DNA of 64,000 nucleotides from Psilocybe cubensis (lineage: Eukaryota), in assembly GCA_017499595.2 (NCBI GenBank), contig CM039010.1, positions 310,001-374,000 on the forward strand, in the 5' to 3' direction. The notes beneath the pieces are model-generated. The model was not told where the DNA came from and searched no databases. It saw only the letters and a list, made by a program, of their open reading frames with translations. This document shows positions 40,481-54,078 of the stretch, in pieces (position 1 is the first letter of the stretch; each line of letters starts with the position of its first letter). The translations under genes and the position numbers were made by a program.

Positions 40481-41377
40481 ATGTTTCGCTCACTCATATT
40501 ACTTCCCGCTCTTGTCGCCTCATCTTATGCCTTGGTATCCGCCGTGGACTCGTCCACTCTTGTGCCGAAAGCTACCTACGTCAAGGCCTTAGGAGAAGGC
40601 TTTACCAAGGCCATCATACGCGGATATTCAGAGGCATGTGGCATTGGAGGCGAGGTTGACCCTAACTTTGTTGGGTCTTACAACAACGCTCGAGCGGCAG
40701 GATACACTGACATCGATACATACTGGTTCCCATGTAACGGTTCTGGAAATAACTGCAAATCATACGCAACCCAGTTATCCGAGATCGCGGCAACGTTCAA
40801 GGCCCATTCCATGAAGATTGGAACTATTTGGATTGACTTGGAAAAGGACTCCGCTATCTGCAACAACGTGAGCTTGACTATAGAGGCGTATCTTTATATA
40901 CCATTAATTAAACTTACTTCACAGTGGAACTATGGAACTGCCGGAAATCAGGCCCAGGCCAAATCTTTGCTTGCTGCAATGAAGGCCACTGGGTTTAACT
41001 TTGGAATTTACAGCACACCCGGAGTTAGTACTTTTTACCAGCGTGTTTAAAATTTTGCTTATGGTCAATTTAGGAGTGGAGTACGCTCTTTGGGTCAACC
41101 AGTTTTGTTCTCGATAGCTCCGCACCTCTCTGGTTTGCTACCTTTAATAATGTCAAGGTATGCCTGTCGATTTATCGAAGTACAATTGAATTTGATAGGT
41201 TTTTGTTAGACGCTTACTTTAGGAACGCACTTTGGAGGGCAAGTCCAATAGTTTCCCATTTCTTTTGCAAGAAAAGCTGACCATAGCACGTTGGATAGAT
41301 GGACATCAGCGGTTGGCCACCAGTATACTGATGTTTCGGCATCGGGATTGTTTGATCTTAGTGTATTTGCGCACTGA
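40481..41377 (+). CDS. Secreted GH25 lysozyme (muramidase), copy 1
   Basis: Signal peptide, AVDSS, IIRGY, VDPNF, YWFPC, IWIDLE (DxE), GIYS, and a spliced C-terminus HQYTDVS...DLSVFAH*. Confidence 0.85.
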
Positions 41378-41582
41378 GAAGTTCGGCCAAACTTTGAATT
41401 GTAATACTAGTTCCAGATCCCATGCACCAACAATACATGTCCAAGCCGCGTCCAGACTTCGAGGCTGCTCCAAGGTGGCAGATTGAGGCTACCAAGCAAA
41501 TTCAAAACAAAGTAGGCCGAGTTGCCAATGTCGGCTTTGAGAAAAAATACCTCCTTTGCTCTTTGCTCCATGTTCATTGTTG

Positions 41583-42093
41583 AGTGAACGAAAAACCGTC
41601 CAACAAATTCTACGCCACACGTGATCTGCCGGCCTGCCGCGCCACTGAGTACCTGCCGGCTTGTGGCACATAATAACCACTCCGCTGCCCTTGGCACGGA
41701 CTTCGCGCTTTTTGTCTAGTTGTAGGTAGATCTTAGCTGGTTTTGGAAGCTAACGCTCTTATTGTTATCATTTTATTCATGTATAAAAAGTGAAGAAATG
41801 AAGAACGAGTCTATTTGTAAAGAAACAGTGTTGATTGGGCCGCACAGTGAGAATACTATTAAATAATCCCCTTCGAGAGCCTTTGTATTTTTGCATGAGT
41901 TGCATTTGGGGCACTCGGCAGGCATTTAAACTTCCAAAGACGCATTAAAAATAGTTTTGAGAGTGTTTTGACGCGGTGTGGACACGGTATCTTAGCACAG
42001 ATTGTTGAAGAGACGTGTAACCTATCAAATCCGTCACGGCATGCCGGCAGAATCACGTGTGGCGTAGAATTTGTTGGACGGTTTGCGTTCACT
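41583..42093. mobile_element. Putative MITE with ~55-bp imperfect TIRs
   Basis: AGTGAACG..AAACCGTCCAACAAATTCTACGCCACACGTGAT.CTGCCGGC at the left and its inverse at ~42036-42093; no clear TSD. Confidence 0.65.
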
Positions 42094-42233
42094 ATTTTTC
42101 AACACCGCGACAAGTACAACCCGCCCGCAAGGTTCGAGATAAAGTTAACGACAATCATGTCATGGTGCACGCGCTTCTTTGGTCTTATATTTAAAGAACG
42201 TATATCGGGATATACTATGTCATTTGGTATGTG

Positions 42234-44556
42234 CTATACTAGTGCTACTCGATGCACCGCTGCTTTTTTCGTCCAGATTTCCTTGTTATGCACCCAATCT
42301 TCAATATGTTGGGTCCAGCGACCTATCCTTTGAAATTTGTCAGTTTTCCTGACAGGTTCCAATATCAATCCCCGATGTTTGATATGTGGCTCAGAATCGT
42401 GACCAAAACGTTCACTGAAGGAGCCGATAAACAAACAGTAGACAACGCCACCAGAAGAGCTTGCGGCCGTGGAGGTATCGTAATCCAGATGAAGGGAGTT
42501 GAAGACACCATATCTAACAGAGAGTATGTTTCTCAGGTATGCTGGTGGGCGTGGAGCTGTTGGATGGTCTTTCAGAGTTATCGCACACAGTGCTCCTTCA
42601 ATGACGGCGCATCCTCCTTTGACGATTCCATATTTATTTTCGCCGTCAACCTCGACTTTGACGCTTATGATTCGGGTTCTTGGATCCTGTCTGTAACTTG
42701 TCACCCCAGCCCATTCTGCGAGTTTTGGCTTGGTTTCATATTCCCATTCCATTCCGCATGCGGATTCGTCGCCACCCCAAGTTAGGGATGCCCAGGACCA
42801 TGAAGGTGCAGTCGTATTCCGTTTTCTTGTAGGTCCAGCGGTTTGTGTACCACCTCCAGACTCCCATAAAAGATCACGGACAAAGTCTCCCTCCCATAGC
42901 CCTGCAAGATATCTCTCATTCTTGGGAAGATACTTTGCAAATCTGGATGCCAACCCGGCAAGTGCTGGAAGTCGATCGGATTCGTACGTCAAGTCCAACA
43001 AAGTCATGTCCTCGACTATTGTTCGCCAAAGGCCATACAACGCCTTGATGTCTCGTTTACTGGTGCCCTCGAGTTTCACAACCTGGTCCTTACTTGCACT
43101 CCATCCGTCTCCATGAACAGGATTTCCATCGAGGGATTTGCACTCGCATCTCTGGGAAACATTACATACCCATACCATCTCATTTGCGTGGAAGTGCACT
43201 GTTCGTGTCGATAGGAAACGTTCTTGGTATACCCAACCGCGTGGCAACAGAGGTGCGGTATCGCTATGATATCGGATCCAACGAGGTGTCTGCAGGGCTT
43301 CATGGCATCTCCATGGGCACCAGGTACTATCAGTGATTTTACTGGCGCTTTCCGCATCTTGGACGGAGGGTTTTCTCTCCTCCTTCCACTTGACACGGCT
43401 CTTGTAAATTCTGCAGCCCACTTCAGTGTATCTCGGAGAGTCCATCTGCTGCCTAGACACCCTTCATGGCCGCCACCGGCTCGCGTAGTGGCGATGTTTA
43501 AATAACATCGACTATATATGTCGGCCATGACAGCGCTTTGCTGCTCCCAATCCAGCTTGTCCTGTTGAATGATACAAAGGGAATCAATCCAGATGTACTG
43601 TATGTTCAAGCCTCTGGTGATTGCAATAGCGTCTTGGAACGTTTTGGGCAATTGACCCCAAGGTATACCTCTCATTCGGTCTGCGATGGTATCCCGAGTA
43701 GTCGTCAATAACTGTTTCTTTCCCCAGCAGTGACTAAGTGCAACGTAATGGCCACGTTGTCCTGTCGAAGATTCGATGAGGCGAACGCTGTCTCCGGATA
43801 TATCAAGAACGCGTCGAGGAAGAATTTCCGCTTGATTTTCAGGTCCATTCCACTCTCCTCGACATGTTCTGTGGTTTCTGTCACACTCCAACAGCCACCC
43901 CTTAATGACTTTAGCACAGTCCGTTGCTGTTGGCCGAGTCGGGACTTCACCCGCTGCCCCAATTGACTGGTATGAAGAAGGCCTGCCTGGATCTAATCAG
44001 CATCTCTTGGGAGCTTGCTCACAAATGGACAGAATCTACCTTCAAAAGGTGTGTACAATTCAACCTTGAACTCTTCCCGGAACCCATCTTCCTCTTTTCC
44101 TTTGATCGCAGCTCCGCACCTCATCATTACAATAAGTCCTTTCGACCCGTCAGACTCTTTGGTGCCTGTCTTCTTGTTTGGTCCGTTAGTACTGGGCTTT
44201 TCGTCGTCTCGGTCTAGAATGGCAATAGAGTAACTGATTTCGGAGTCTGAGGGTGCATCGATAAGCTCGCCGTCACGCACAAGGGTGTCGAAGGCAGACT
44301 TTAGAAGGCGGCAGGATGGACAATTGCTATCTTTGGCCAGATCAGTGCTCGAAATCCATTGACGTGCAGCTTGGCCTATGGAGCAGAAGTTGGGGTCTTT
44401 GTGAGGCTGAGGAATGTAACGGAGATCAAGATCAAAGCAAGTGGGACACTTTGCACGATTGCGTGGCCGTTTACTGTCAGTACGCACTGCTCTAGGGCCC
44501 TCGTCTGGAGGGCCAACATATACTGGCGGCTCCCAGACTCCTCCTTTCCTTGGCAT
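42234..44556 (-). CDS. HET-domain (heterokaryon incompatibility, TOL/HET-6-like) protein with an apparent frameshift near 43310
   Basis: LPRRVLDI, YVALSHCWG, LPKTFQDAI, YIWIDSLCIIQQD..DWEQQSAVMADIY; in the next frame PLLPRGWVYQERFLS, DRLPALAGLA, YLAGLW, APSWSWAS. One intron near 44030-43988. Confidence 0.88.
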
Positions 44557-45153
44557 GATGCAATGACGCAGAGAAGGCTACGATTTGGCACGCGAGGGGC
44601 CACAGATTCAAAGCGAGGCCCAAACGCTCATGCATCATGAAACTATTGATTATGTATACACTTATTTGGAGACTTCGGGAATGACCACTATGCCGACTCT
44701 AAAGTCCTGACCATGAAGTCCCAACCTTGAGTTTCAAAATAGTGCTCTTTGGCTCTAAATTTTATTAAATTCGTAACGAGGTTTATTTGCATGGTAGCAT
44801 AGTCCACCAACGTATCATATGGCATCGTCGGGGAGTCCATCTCGCAGCCTCGCTGGTCTTTCAAACCGTACAGTATCATTTCTAATACCTTGAATGATTG
44901 AGTATCAGGCACTCAGAAAGTAAAACATCCCTAGGCAAGAGGCTCACAACCTGATATTGCATTGAAGGTCAAATGAGCGAGGCCATTGAGCTTATTTCGA
45001 AAGTGATTAGTATCAATAAACAAAGCGTCGAAGCCATCAAAGCGGGCCAGTGAGTGGCAACATAGCGCACCCGCTTTGACAATACGAGGCCCTGTACCGT
45101 ACCTATTTATTCTCGATACAACGGCAAGTTTTTTTGATTTCGCATTCACTATC

Positions 45154-45894
45154 ATGCCTAAAGCCCCAGGAGACAAGAGGCCCCCAAATGCCTGGATTCT
45201 CTTTCTATCCGCGAAGAGGAGGGAGCTGGTAATCCCTTCCATCCCTGGAGAAAGTGTCCATGACAAGTTTACTAGAACCATAAGGACGATCTCCGCTATC
45301 TGGAAGGCGACTCCAGAAATCGAAAAAACTACATGGCGCACGGCCGCAAAGGAGGCAAAGCACAGGCATTTGACTTTATACCCTAATTACAAGTTTAAAC
45401 CTTATAGAAAGTCCCATCATAAATCCCTCGCACATAGCGCAGTCGCCTCGCCTCAAACCATCTCTTCTCCATCTTCTCTACAAACTGCTCAAACAAATGG
45501 AGAGAGTACTCCAGGTTGGGCCTCATCTGTGCTCTCTGGTAACGACTTTGTTCCAGTATCCACCCTTGTTTACGAAAATTTTGATGGACTACACCGCCCA
45601 CTCGTAAAAAATGGAAATTTCCAGCAAGATCTACTGGTCAATTCCGAACAGCCTGGAGAATCGTTCTTTGAAGACTGGTTGCAGCTCGATGAGAAGCTTG
45701 ACTCTTCTTGTGGAAACCACTTATCCACCGATTACCGCGACCACTTTTACTCCGATGAAGACACTGTACGTCCCCGGGATAGCGCCGAGAATGCTCAATC
45801 AAAAGAAAACAGTATTTGGATGGGTAATAATTTTGACGACCCAGGAAGGGACGCTCATCCTGTCCAACAGTACACTTACTTGAATCTCAACTGA
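45154..45894 (+). CDS. HMG-box transcription factor (MATA/SOX-type)
   Basis: KRPPNAWILF...ISAIWKA...WRTAAKEAKHRH..LYPNYKFKP; intronless. Confidence 0.88.
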   Translation: MPKAPGDKRPPNAWILFLSAKRRELVIPSIPGESVHDKFTRTIRTISAIWKATPEIEKTTWRTAAKEAKHRHLTLYPNYKFKPYRKSHHKSLAHSAVASPQTISSPSSLQTAQTNGESTPGWASSVLSGNDFVPVSTLVYENFDGLHRPLVKNGNFQQDLLVNSEQPGESFFEDWLQLDEKLDSSCGNHLSTDYRDHFYSDEDTVRPRDSAENAQSKENSIWMGNNFDDPGRDAHPVQQYTYLNLN

Positions 45895-46491
45895 GTAGCA
45901 CATTCAATCAGCAGCCAGAGTTTTATTCGATCCACTACTACCTTATTATTCGTAGATACCATACGGGTGCTTGAATTTACTTACCTTTTTTTATTTAATC
46001 AATATAAAGCATTGACTACAGTTGATGTTATGCGAGCCAAATCCATTCACCCTGTACCTTCTACAAGTCGCGACGCGCGTGAAATGCGCGGTGTATTCTG
46101 TGCACGTGAAATATTCAGACTTGTGGTGAGTCGTGACGAGCGAGGAGAATCCGAAAATTTCATCTTCGAACTCCCACGCAACTCTCATGTGGACATGATG
46201 TGAAAGTCGGTGGAAGCGCTCCCGTACTACATGTCATCGTTCTCTAAATGCCTTGACCTGCTCCTATTCCCACCCTATGGAGTTTCCGCAAGGTAAGGCA
46301 GCCATATATAGCCGATATTTCTGGAAATGGATTTCAGATCGCACTTTGCCTGGCATCGGCGGATGGATTGATAATTCAACTGACAACACTCAAAGGACAT
46401 TTCATCCCCAACACAGCGTGTTATACCACCATTTAAACCCACGTATTTTTGAAGCAGTACTCATCGGATCCCCATCATTGCGCCAGTAGTG

Positions 46492-48908
46492 ATGTTGCTG
46501 CGTTCTATCCCTTACATTCTTTCAGCTATAGCCGTTGGATATGCTGCCCCTCAGGTCAAACTTGGTAAAACCACGCTCGTCGGCAGGGACATTACCGAGC
46601 TGAAGTTGGATTTCTTTGGAGGTGCGGAGTTGACAGTCCTACGATCATTTGTGAAATCCTTGTTTGATTAATAATTACATGTTACATTCAGGGATTCCGT
46701 TTGCTGAACCACCCTTGGGCAAGTTGCGACTGAAACCACCCGTGTTAAAAACAAAGCTGGACGAGAAAACATTCGACGCCAGTAACTTCGGTAAAGGTTG
46801 CTTTCAACAGGTGAATAAGCAGCTTGATCCCCTCCCCCGTGCATTATATTAATATGTGAATTACTCAGAGCAGCTCTGTAACCGAATTCTCTGAAGACTG
46901 TCTAACCATCAACGTATACCGTCCATCGGGACTTAAATCAAATGCAAAGCTTCCCATCGTGAGTCCCGGCCAAAGAAAAAGAATTGTTAACTAATACATC
47001 TCCAGTTGTTCTGGACGTAAGCAATTTTTATATCTTAAGCTACCTTGTTGACTGCATATAAAAGTCCAAAATTTCTAGATACGGAGGAGGATTTGATGCT
47101 GGGGAAGCCTCTATCTACAACGGGAGTGCTATCGTCGCCCAGAGTGTCGCTCGGGTACGTTATTCCCTATCACTTTCAGGATCATAGCAGCCTCATACTG
47201 TCAACCTTAGGGTACACCTCTCATCTACGTGAATTATAATTATCGCCTCGGACCTCTTGGATTTCCTCAGGGGCAGGAAGGTACGTGATGTATCATCATC
47301 AATACTCTCTATTCTTACACCTTCATTGTCACTTCGGAAGCTGACGATCGCGGTGCCCTAAATTTGGCATTGAGAGATCAGTTGACGGCATTGGAATGGG
47401 TACAGGCAAACATCCATTTCTTTGGAGGTGACAAGTCGAAGGTATGATCCAAGGTACTCTTCCAGGTTTCATTACTTAAACTACAGGGCATTCACATCAG
47501 GTTACTGTCTTTGGTGAAAGTGCCGGTGCAATCATGACTGCGATTCTATTTTTGAATTCTCCCTTGGATAAATTGGCAAGAGCAGCAGTGAGTAACCTGA
47601 TATCTGGAATATTTTGTATCTTTGTGTAGCTGACTAACATTGCGAAATCTGACAGATCTTCGAATCAGGATCTGCTGCGACTCCTCAAGAGTTTAACGCG
47701 GAACGTCGTGAAATAGACTGGCAAAACTTTGTGGCTGGGGTACCATCTTGCGCGTCTCTTGCTACGAGTGGGAATACATTTGACTGTATTCAAGCTGCCA
47801 ATTCCACAGAAATTTTCTCAGGCGTCATTAACGGTCTTACGAAAGCCAACGAAGCCTTTGGATATGATCCTACGTTTGACGGCCCGAACGGTCTCTTCCC
47901 AGATATTGCTTCCAAATTTCTTTCCTCAGGACATTTCGCTCGTCTGCCATTCATAACTGGTACAAATCTTGATGAAGGTGGGTACTTCAACGATTCGTAT
48001 CTTCTCATTTCAGAAGAGACTTATAAAATCTGCAATGCCAGGTGCTGTATTCACCCCAACAACTATTCAGTCCGCGGCCGATATCGAAGCTTTCTTGGTT
48101 GCTGGATACTCGCCTCTTGCAGTCAGCCCAGCTGCTTTCGAATCCACCGTCGCGAAACTGTTGGAGTTATACCCTGATGACCCTGCCCTCGGGTCCCCAT
48201 TCAACACTGGCAATCAGACATTTGGTTTAAATTCCAACTTCAAGCGGGCAGCAGCCCTATGTGTGTTTGCATCCTTGTACATTCTATGCCAAGTACCAAG
48301 ACTAACTAATATTTATTTAGTTGGTGATCTCGCTTTCCAAGGCCAGCGCAGAGCCTGGATACAAGCCGCAAGCCGCGTAGGGGTGAAGACATTCGGATAT
48401 CTTTTTACTCAACCACAGCCAAACAGCGGCCCCTTTGGTGGTACGTAGCGTTAAAATTTCTTTGTAATTCCATACATTGTTTGGTTTATTTTCATCAATC
48501 GTAATCTTCATCTAACTTGTTATTGATCGACAGTCTTCCATGGATCCGAGGTTCCATATGTCTATGGAGCACCGAGCGACACATCTGCGTCCTCATTGCG
48601 CATCAGCAGTCTCATGATCGACTACTGGGTCTCATTCGCAACGTCGCTTGACCCCAACGATGGCCGCGGTATCCCACGTACGTCTGCCTTGCCCTCATTG
48701 ACATTACCCCGTCCCACACAACGCTGACATCCTAATCTTTGCACCAGGTCCACACTGGGCACAGTATACCCCCGAGAACCAAGTCATCATGCAGCTCAAC
48801 GGCGACAACACGACGCTCATCCCAGACAACTATCGGAAAGAGCAGATCGCGTTTATTAATTCGGACCCTGCTGTCTTCCATCAGCGCCGCTCTATAAACA
48901 AGAGTTAA
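46492..48908 (+). CDS. Secreted type-B carboxylesterase/lipase
   Basis: GIPFAEPPLGKLR, SEDCLTINV, YGGGF, NYRLGPLGF, FGGDKSKVTVFGESAG (nucleophile Ser), GTNLDEG, HGSEV. Confidence 0.92.
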
Positions 48909-49735
48909 ATTTGAAACTAAGGTCGATCGCTGAAGAATCATGATCGCCGCGATCACCCCATGTACTCACTACTAAACGTTAAAAAGCTTCTTTTCAGTGT
49001 ACTTCTTCACGATGCAATGCTATAGCTTCAAATCAAATTTCTTCGTAAAGTTTTACTTCTTGGTTCTCTTCTAAGACTTGAAGCTGGAGGTTGGTTCTCA
49101 AGGAAGCTAAATTAAAGGTTGTAGCGAATGCACAGTTGATCTAATTTCTGCATGTAAATTGAAAGTTCCATGCTACGCAAAATGCGATACTGTATCCGAC
49201 CCTGAAAGCGGCCATTTCAACTTGCGTCCCAAATTTAATTTCACACACTTAGCTTTATACTTAAACGTCTGTAGGATTGTGTCGGCGTATATTTTTAGTA
49301 TATGCCTCTGGTTTTTACAAATTTTACAAGGCGTAACTCTGTGCAGTTTTTGTAGGGCTCCAAGCGTTTATTTTTCGTCTGAATTTTTTTTTTTACAAAC
49401 TGAGCACCTGAGGATCCGGTTTCGCGGATTTCAGGCCAAGTTCACGCGGATTTGAAGGGGAAATCAGGAAAATTGTGATTGTTCAACGTTCAACACTTAA
49501 CCGGCAATTATCGGCGGAGCTGCTTTCTGCCGAATCCATCAACTCTCGGCATAGAGTCTTGGGAAAAGGCAACTGTCATGGACGTACGTAGCAATATAAT
49601 GGAGGTCTGTAGCAAATTTATTACGCCTGTCCTTGAATCAATTAATTATGGTTTTAGTCAAACGGATAGAAACACACAACCGATTGGTATTGTTTTACAG
49701 AAGACACGAGATACATCAGTGCTCTGAGGATTATC

Positions 49736-50555
49736 CTAAGATATCCCAACACCGGCACTCAAGGTACCTTCTTTCGTGCGATTAACGCAATCGAGCCCGT
49801 CCATCGAGTCCATCCAGTCATTCATTCTCTGCCCATATTCATGCTCCAATACACCCGATATCCATTCCGGCAAAGGGCGTAAATCAGCCAAAATAGGGAA
49901 AAGATAAAAGTCTGCATAGGTAGGGTGTGTGTCGGTAAACATGAATTTTGGATAGCTAGAACGGGACCCAGGTAGGACGGTCTCGGTTATGGATAGGAAG
50001 GTGTGCAACTGGGGAATGTTGTGTGCGAGAAGGGGTGTAATGGCATCTGAGGCGAGACCGGATTCAAGGTGTTTTAGGCGGGGTTTGACAAGGCCGTGCT
50101 CAATAGTTGGGAATCCTGTAAGGCAAAAAATGCTCAATACTTGAATAAACTTGACGGATATTCCGATGTATAACCTCACCATATGATGATACGAAGCTCA
50201 CGTATTCCCACATCTTCTCTTCGAGTATCCCTTTACCAAGAGAGAACTCATCATAATGCAGTGTTGGATTTGGTTTGATGCGATCGATGTAGCGAATGAT
50301 CGCCTGAGTCTCACACAACTTTACTGAGTTATCCTCATACCCCTCCTTCCCGTCATCCACTCCCTTCGATTCCTCGATAATCAACGTGGGTATAATCCCA
50401 AATGGATGCGCAGTTTTTGCCTCTTCAGAATGGGGATATACTTTGATCTGAGTGAAATCTAGGGATTTGTATAGCAGAGTTAAAGCAATGGTACGAGTAA
50501 ACGTGGAGAAGGGAGTTCCAACAAGTGTATATCTCGTTGTCTCTCTGGAAGACAT
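49736..50555 (-). CDS. Glutathione S-transferase-like protein
   Basis: STFTRTIAL, HPFGIIPTL (cis-Pro), LCETQAIIRYID, PTYADFYLFPIL; two exons. Confidence 0.85.
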
Positions 50556-50806
50556 AATAAGGCGAGTAAACCCGTTTGTAGGAGTAATTAGACGGAAATC
50601 GCGTTGATGTGAAAGTAGGTGGAAATGCACATGACCCTTAGACGAGCTTATAAAGTTGGAAACCCAATTTCTATTTCCATTTCGGTCACTATTTTTACAG
50701 GGGAGAAGCAAGAAGCGGTAAAATTCGATGCATTGAATACGGATCTCGCTTTGCCATTTTCATGACTAAAATTGAATGGTAAGGTACTGATAACGAGGTA
50801 GTAAAT

Positions 50807-51710
50807 TCAATGTGCAAAGACGCTGAGGTCAAACAATTTGGATGCTGATACATCAGTATATTGATGTCCAACGGCCGTATTCCATCTGTTGAGTTGTGTT
50901 AATAGCTGTACTAAGTATCATCAGGGCCACCGTGAACATACCCTCCAAATGGAGTTCCCAAGGTCAGAGTCTGTAAGATGAATTGATCATGAACAAGTTA
51001 TCTTATCTAGAAACCGGCCACATCTCAGGTGCTTACCTCGACATTGTTGTAAGTAGCAAACCAAAGAGGGGCAGTGTTATCAAGAATAAAGCCTGTGGAT
51101 CCAAAGAGAGTCCCCCATTCCTGATATAATTAATCAAAATAACCCCCGCCTACGATGAATGAGACCATACCCCAGGAGAGCTATAGATACCAAAGTTGAA
51201 CCCGCTGTTTTTCATTGCCTCCAATAAAGATCTGGCTTGCTGTTGATTTCCGGATGTGCCATAGTTCCACTCCTGACAGTTAGAACAAATACATCTTGAA
51301 ATCGATAACAAATTAGTATTTACGTTGTTGCAGATAGCCGCGTCTTTCTCAAAATCAATCCAAATAGTACCAATGTTCATTGAATGCGCTTTGAAGGTTT
51401 GGGCAAGCTCGGATAGCTGTGTAGCATAGGATTTGCATTTGTTTCCGGAGCCATTGCACGGGAACCAGTACGTGTCAATGTCGGTATATCCCGCTGATCG
51501 AGCGTTGTTGTACGATGGCACGAAGTTAGGGTCTACTTGACCTCCGATACCGCAAGCCTCTTGATATCCGCGGATGATTGCCTTAGTGAAGCCTTCAGCA
51601 CGGGCCTTCTGATAGGTGGCCACAGGGACGAGGCTTGCAGAGTCGACTGCGTGCACCAATGCGTAGGACGAGACGATGAGCCCAGAAAGTAATAGAAGTG
51701 ATCGAAACAT
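50807..51710 (-). CDS. Secreted GH25 lysozyme, copy 2
   Basis: Paralog of 40481-41377 (IIRGY, VDPNF, YWFPC, IWIDFE) with the same intron layout. Confidence 0.85.
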
Positions 51711-52332
51711 GGGGGTCAGTACTCTGTATTTTGTGGAAAGGGTTAAAGGTGCGTGCCATTTTATACAGAAATCTATGTATACAGCATTTCTGAGGCTCCA
51801 CAGCGCCGAACTTCAATGAATAATGAAATTTCACTGAGCAACAAAACACGTTTACCTTAATATCTTTATGGTATAGTTCAGCCTGATATTTGAATTAAAG
51901 CTGATGTTAACCAGCGGTTCACTTCATTTATGTCAGAGCTTCATCTGATATAGTGGAATGATGTATTCATTTTAACAACGCTATACACTTAGCTTCGAGC
52001 TAGTAAATATCCATCATGAACATGAGACAGATTGGCTTAAAACTCCGAGTCATGATTAAGACAGAAGCCTGAAGGACGTATATATCTTTATGAGTTGTTA
52101 TGTAGTTGAGCGCTGAGCGCTTGTGTTCCAATTGAGCCGACGTCGGCATATCGCGGTTGAAATGGCACCGATCCCGAGAAATATGGTAATTATGTACAGA
52201 GTTGTCACTCAAGGATGACTTTGCATCAGAAGTATCCAAAGCTTTTATAATTATCACCAACGGTCAATATCCAACATGCATTATACATAGAATTAACTTT
52301 GAAGGAATAACTTCCGCTCAAGCTTAGTAGAA

Positions 52333-54078
52333 CTACTCGCTACTATCGGGGAGACTCCATACTGGGTCATGATATTCAAAGACCTTATTCAAGCCTCCGG
52401 TGACGGCAGGGGCGACAAACTGAGAAATGCCCGTAGTGCGGTCATATTTCTGATATGACGAAGCTAATCGCTTCCCCCCTCCTCCAGGAAGATCAACAAT
52501 GAATTGGGGCATCATGAACCCACCAATACTACCCCGGATTTGCGTCTCTAGCTCGAGGATGGTGGATAATGGAGTGCGCAAATCTTCGACGCCTCGGACC
52601 ATGTCTCCTTGGTAAACATAGTACTAAACAGTGAAATACAAATCAGCCGACATTTGAGGTACCCGGAAGCGAACACCTTACAGGCAGAATGTTGATGTCC
52701 GCCAAATCGCAGATTAATTTTTTCATGACGTCGACACTGTCATTGACCCCCCGAAGAAGAACTGTTTGGTTTCTGACAGTGACTCCGTTTTCGAAGAGCT
52801 TCTGAGCAGCAAGCTTTGTGACCCAAGTGATTTCGTTTGGGTGATTGAAATGAGTGTGCATGGCCACCGCTTTACCCATTTTTTTACCCTTGTTAGATAT
52901 CTCAATCAACGCGGCGCTCCAGGGGTCATGTGGGTCCAGGATACGAGATGGGCACACCGCAAGTCCTTTGGTGGCATAACGGAAACGTCTGATATGAGGT
53001 ATGGCGAGCAAGCGGTTCCCAATATCATAAAGTTGCTCGGGAGAAAGATAAAATGAATCACCGCCCGAGACCACGATGTCGTTCAATTTTGGTGTTTTCT
53101 CGATGTAATTAAAAACTTCATCCCAGCGACGCTTGGTCGGCTTCAAGGAGTTTTTTGTGACAGTACTGGTGTTCGCTCCCACTGCGTAGGATCGGGTGCA
53201 GAAGCGACAATAAACATTGCAAACCGATGTAGCTTCCGAGCCGAATAGTCAGAAAGATGCCGAATAATCAATAAAAAAAAAATCTTACCGAGGAATAGAG
53301 CCTTCGTCGGGTATCGATGGACGAGTCCTTTGACTGGCGAGTCATGCTCTTCGTTGAGAGAATCGAGTTTGAGTTTATGGTGGTCTGGAATTAGTTCATT
53401 TCCCATTGGAATGAACTGGCGACGGACTGGATCGTCGATTGGATTGGTCCAGTCAATAACACTCAGGATGTGGGGCGTTAACCGAATAGCCATTGGAGCT
53501 CTGGATATTGCGTCAGAAACGCTGTCAATGAACGCTTCTGGAGTGTTGATGCCTATTATATGAGGTAGCGCCGTTCGAGATGGAGGGATAGAGGGCGGTA
53601 GAACAACAGACAGGAATTCGCGCAACTTCTTCTCTCCCTGCACACTGTTTGAAAGCTGCCGGCGCACGATGTTAGACTCGGACAACTTCGTCATGAGAAA
53701 AGCAGAGAAACACACCTGCCATTGGTAGTTAAGAAATTCTTTGTGAGTGACTTCTTTCCAGAGAGGTATATTGGTCCAGTATGGATAATGAATAAGATCT
53801 GATTCTGAGCCAAGGAGGTGTTCCGTATGATGTTTTATCGCTGAGTCGCCAAAATTCCCGATAAACCGTCCATTTTCAGGAGCATCTGGGAAAGCATGAT
53901 GTTCGGAAGGCAAGGCAGTTGCACGACGCTGAGACGAGGTTTTGGCGAACTGAACGCAGGAATTAGTTCGAAAGCTGCGGATTGAATTGCTGACAGTTGC
54001 TGAAGAGGGATGCTGGAACATGTCCAAAGTCGCCATGGGGGAAATTCGAGGATATTTGAGCAAGTTAGTGAAGACCAT
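52333..54078 (-). CDS. kamA: L-lysine 2,3-aminomutase (radical SAM/PLP, KamA family)
   Basis: DPVRRQFIP, SPVKGLVHRYP, spliced CNVYCRFCTR (CxxxCxxC), VVSGGD, THFNHPNE, NQTVLLRGVND, YYVYQGD and FIVDLPGGGGK (PLP lysine). The start codon is uncertain (54078, 54036 or 54021). Confidence 0.93.
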
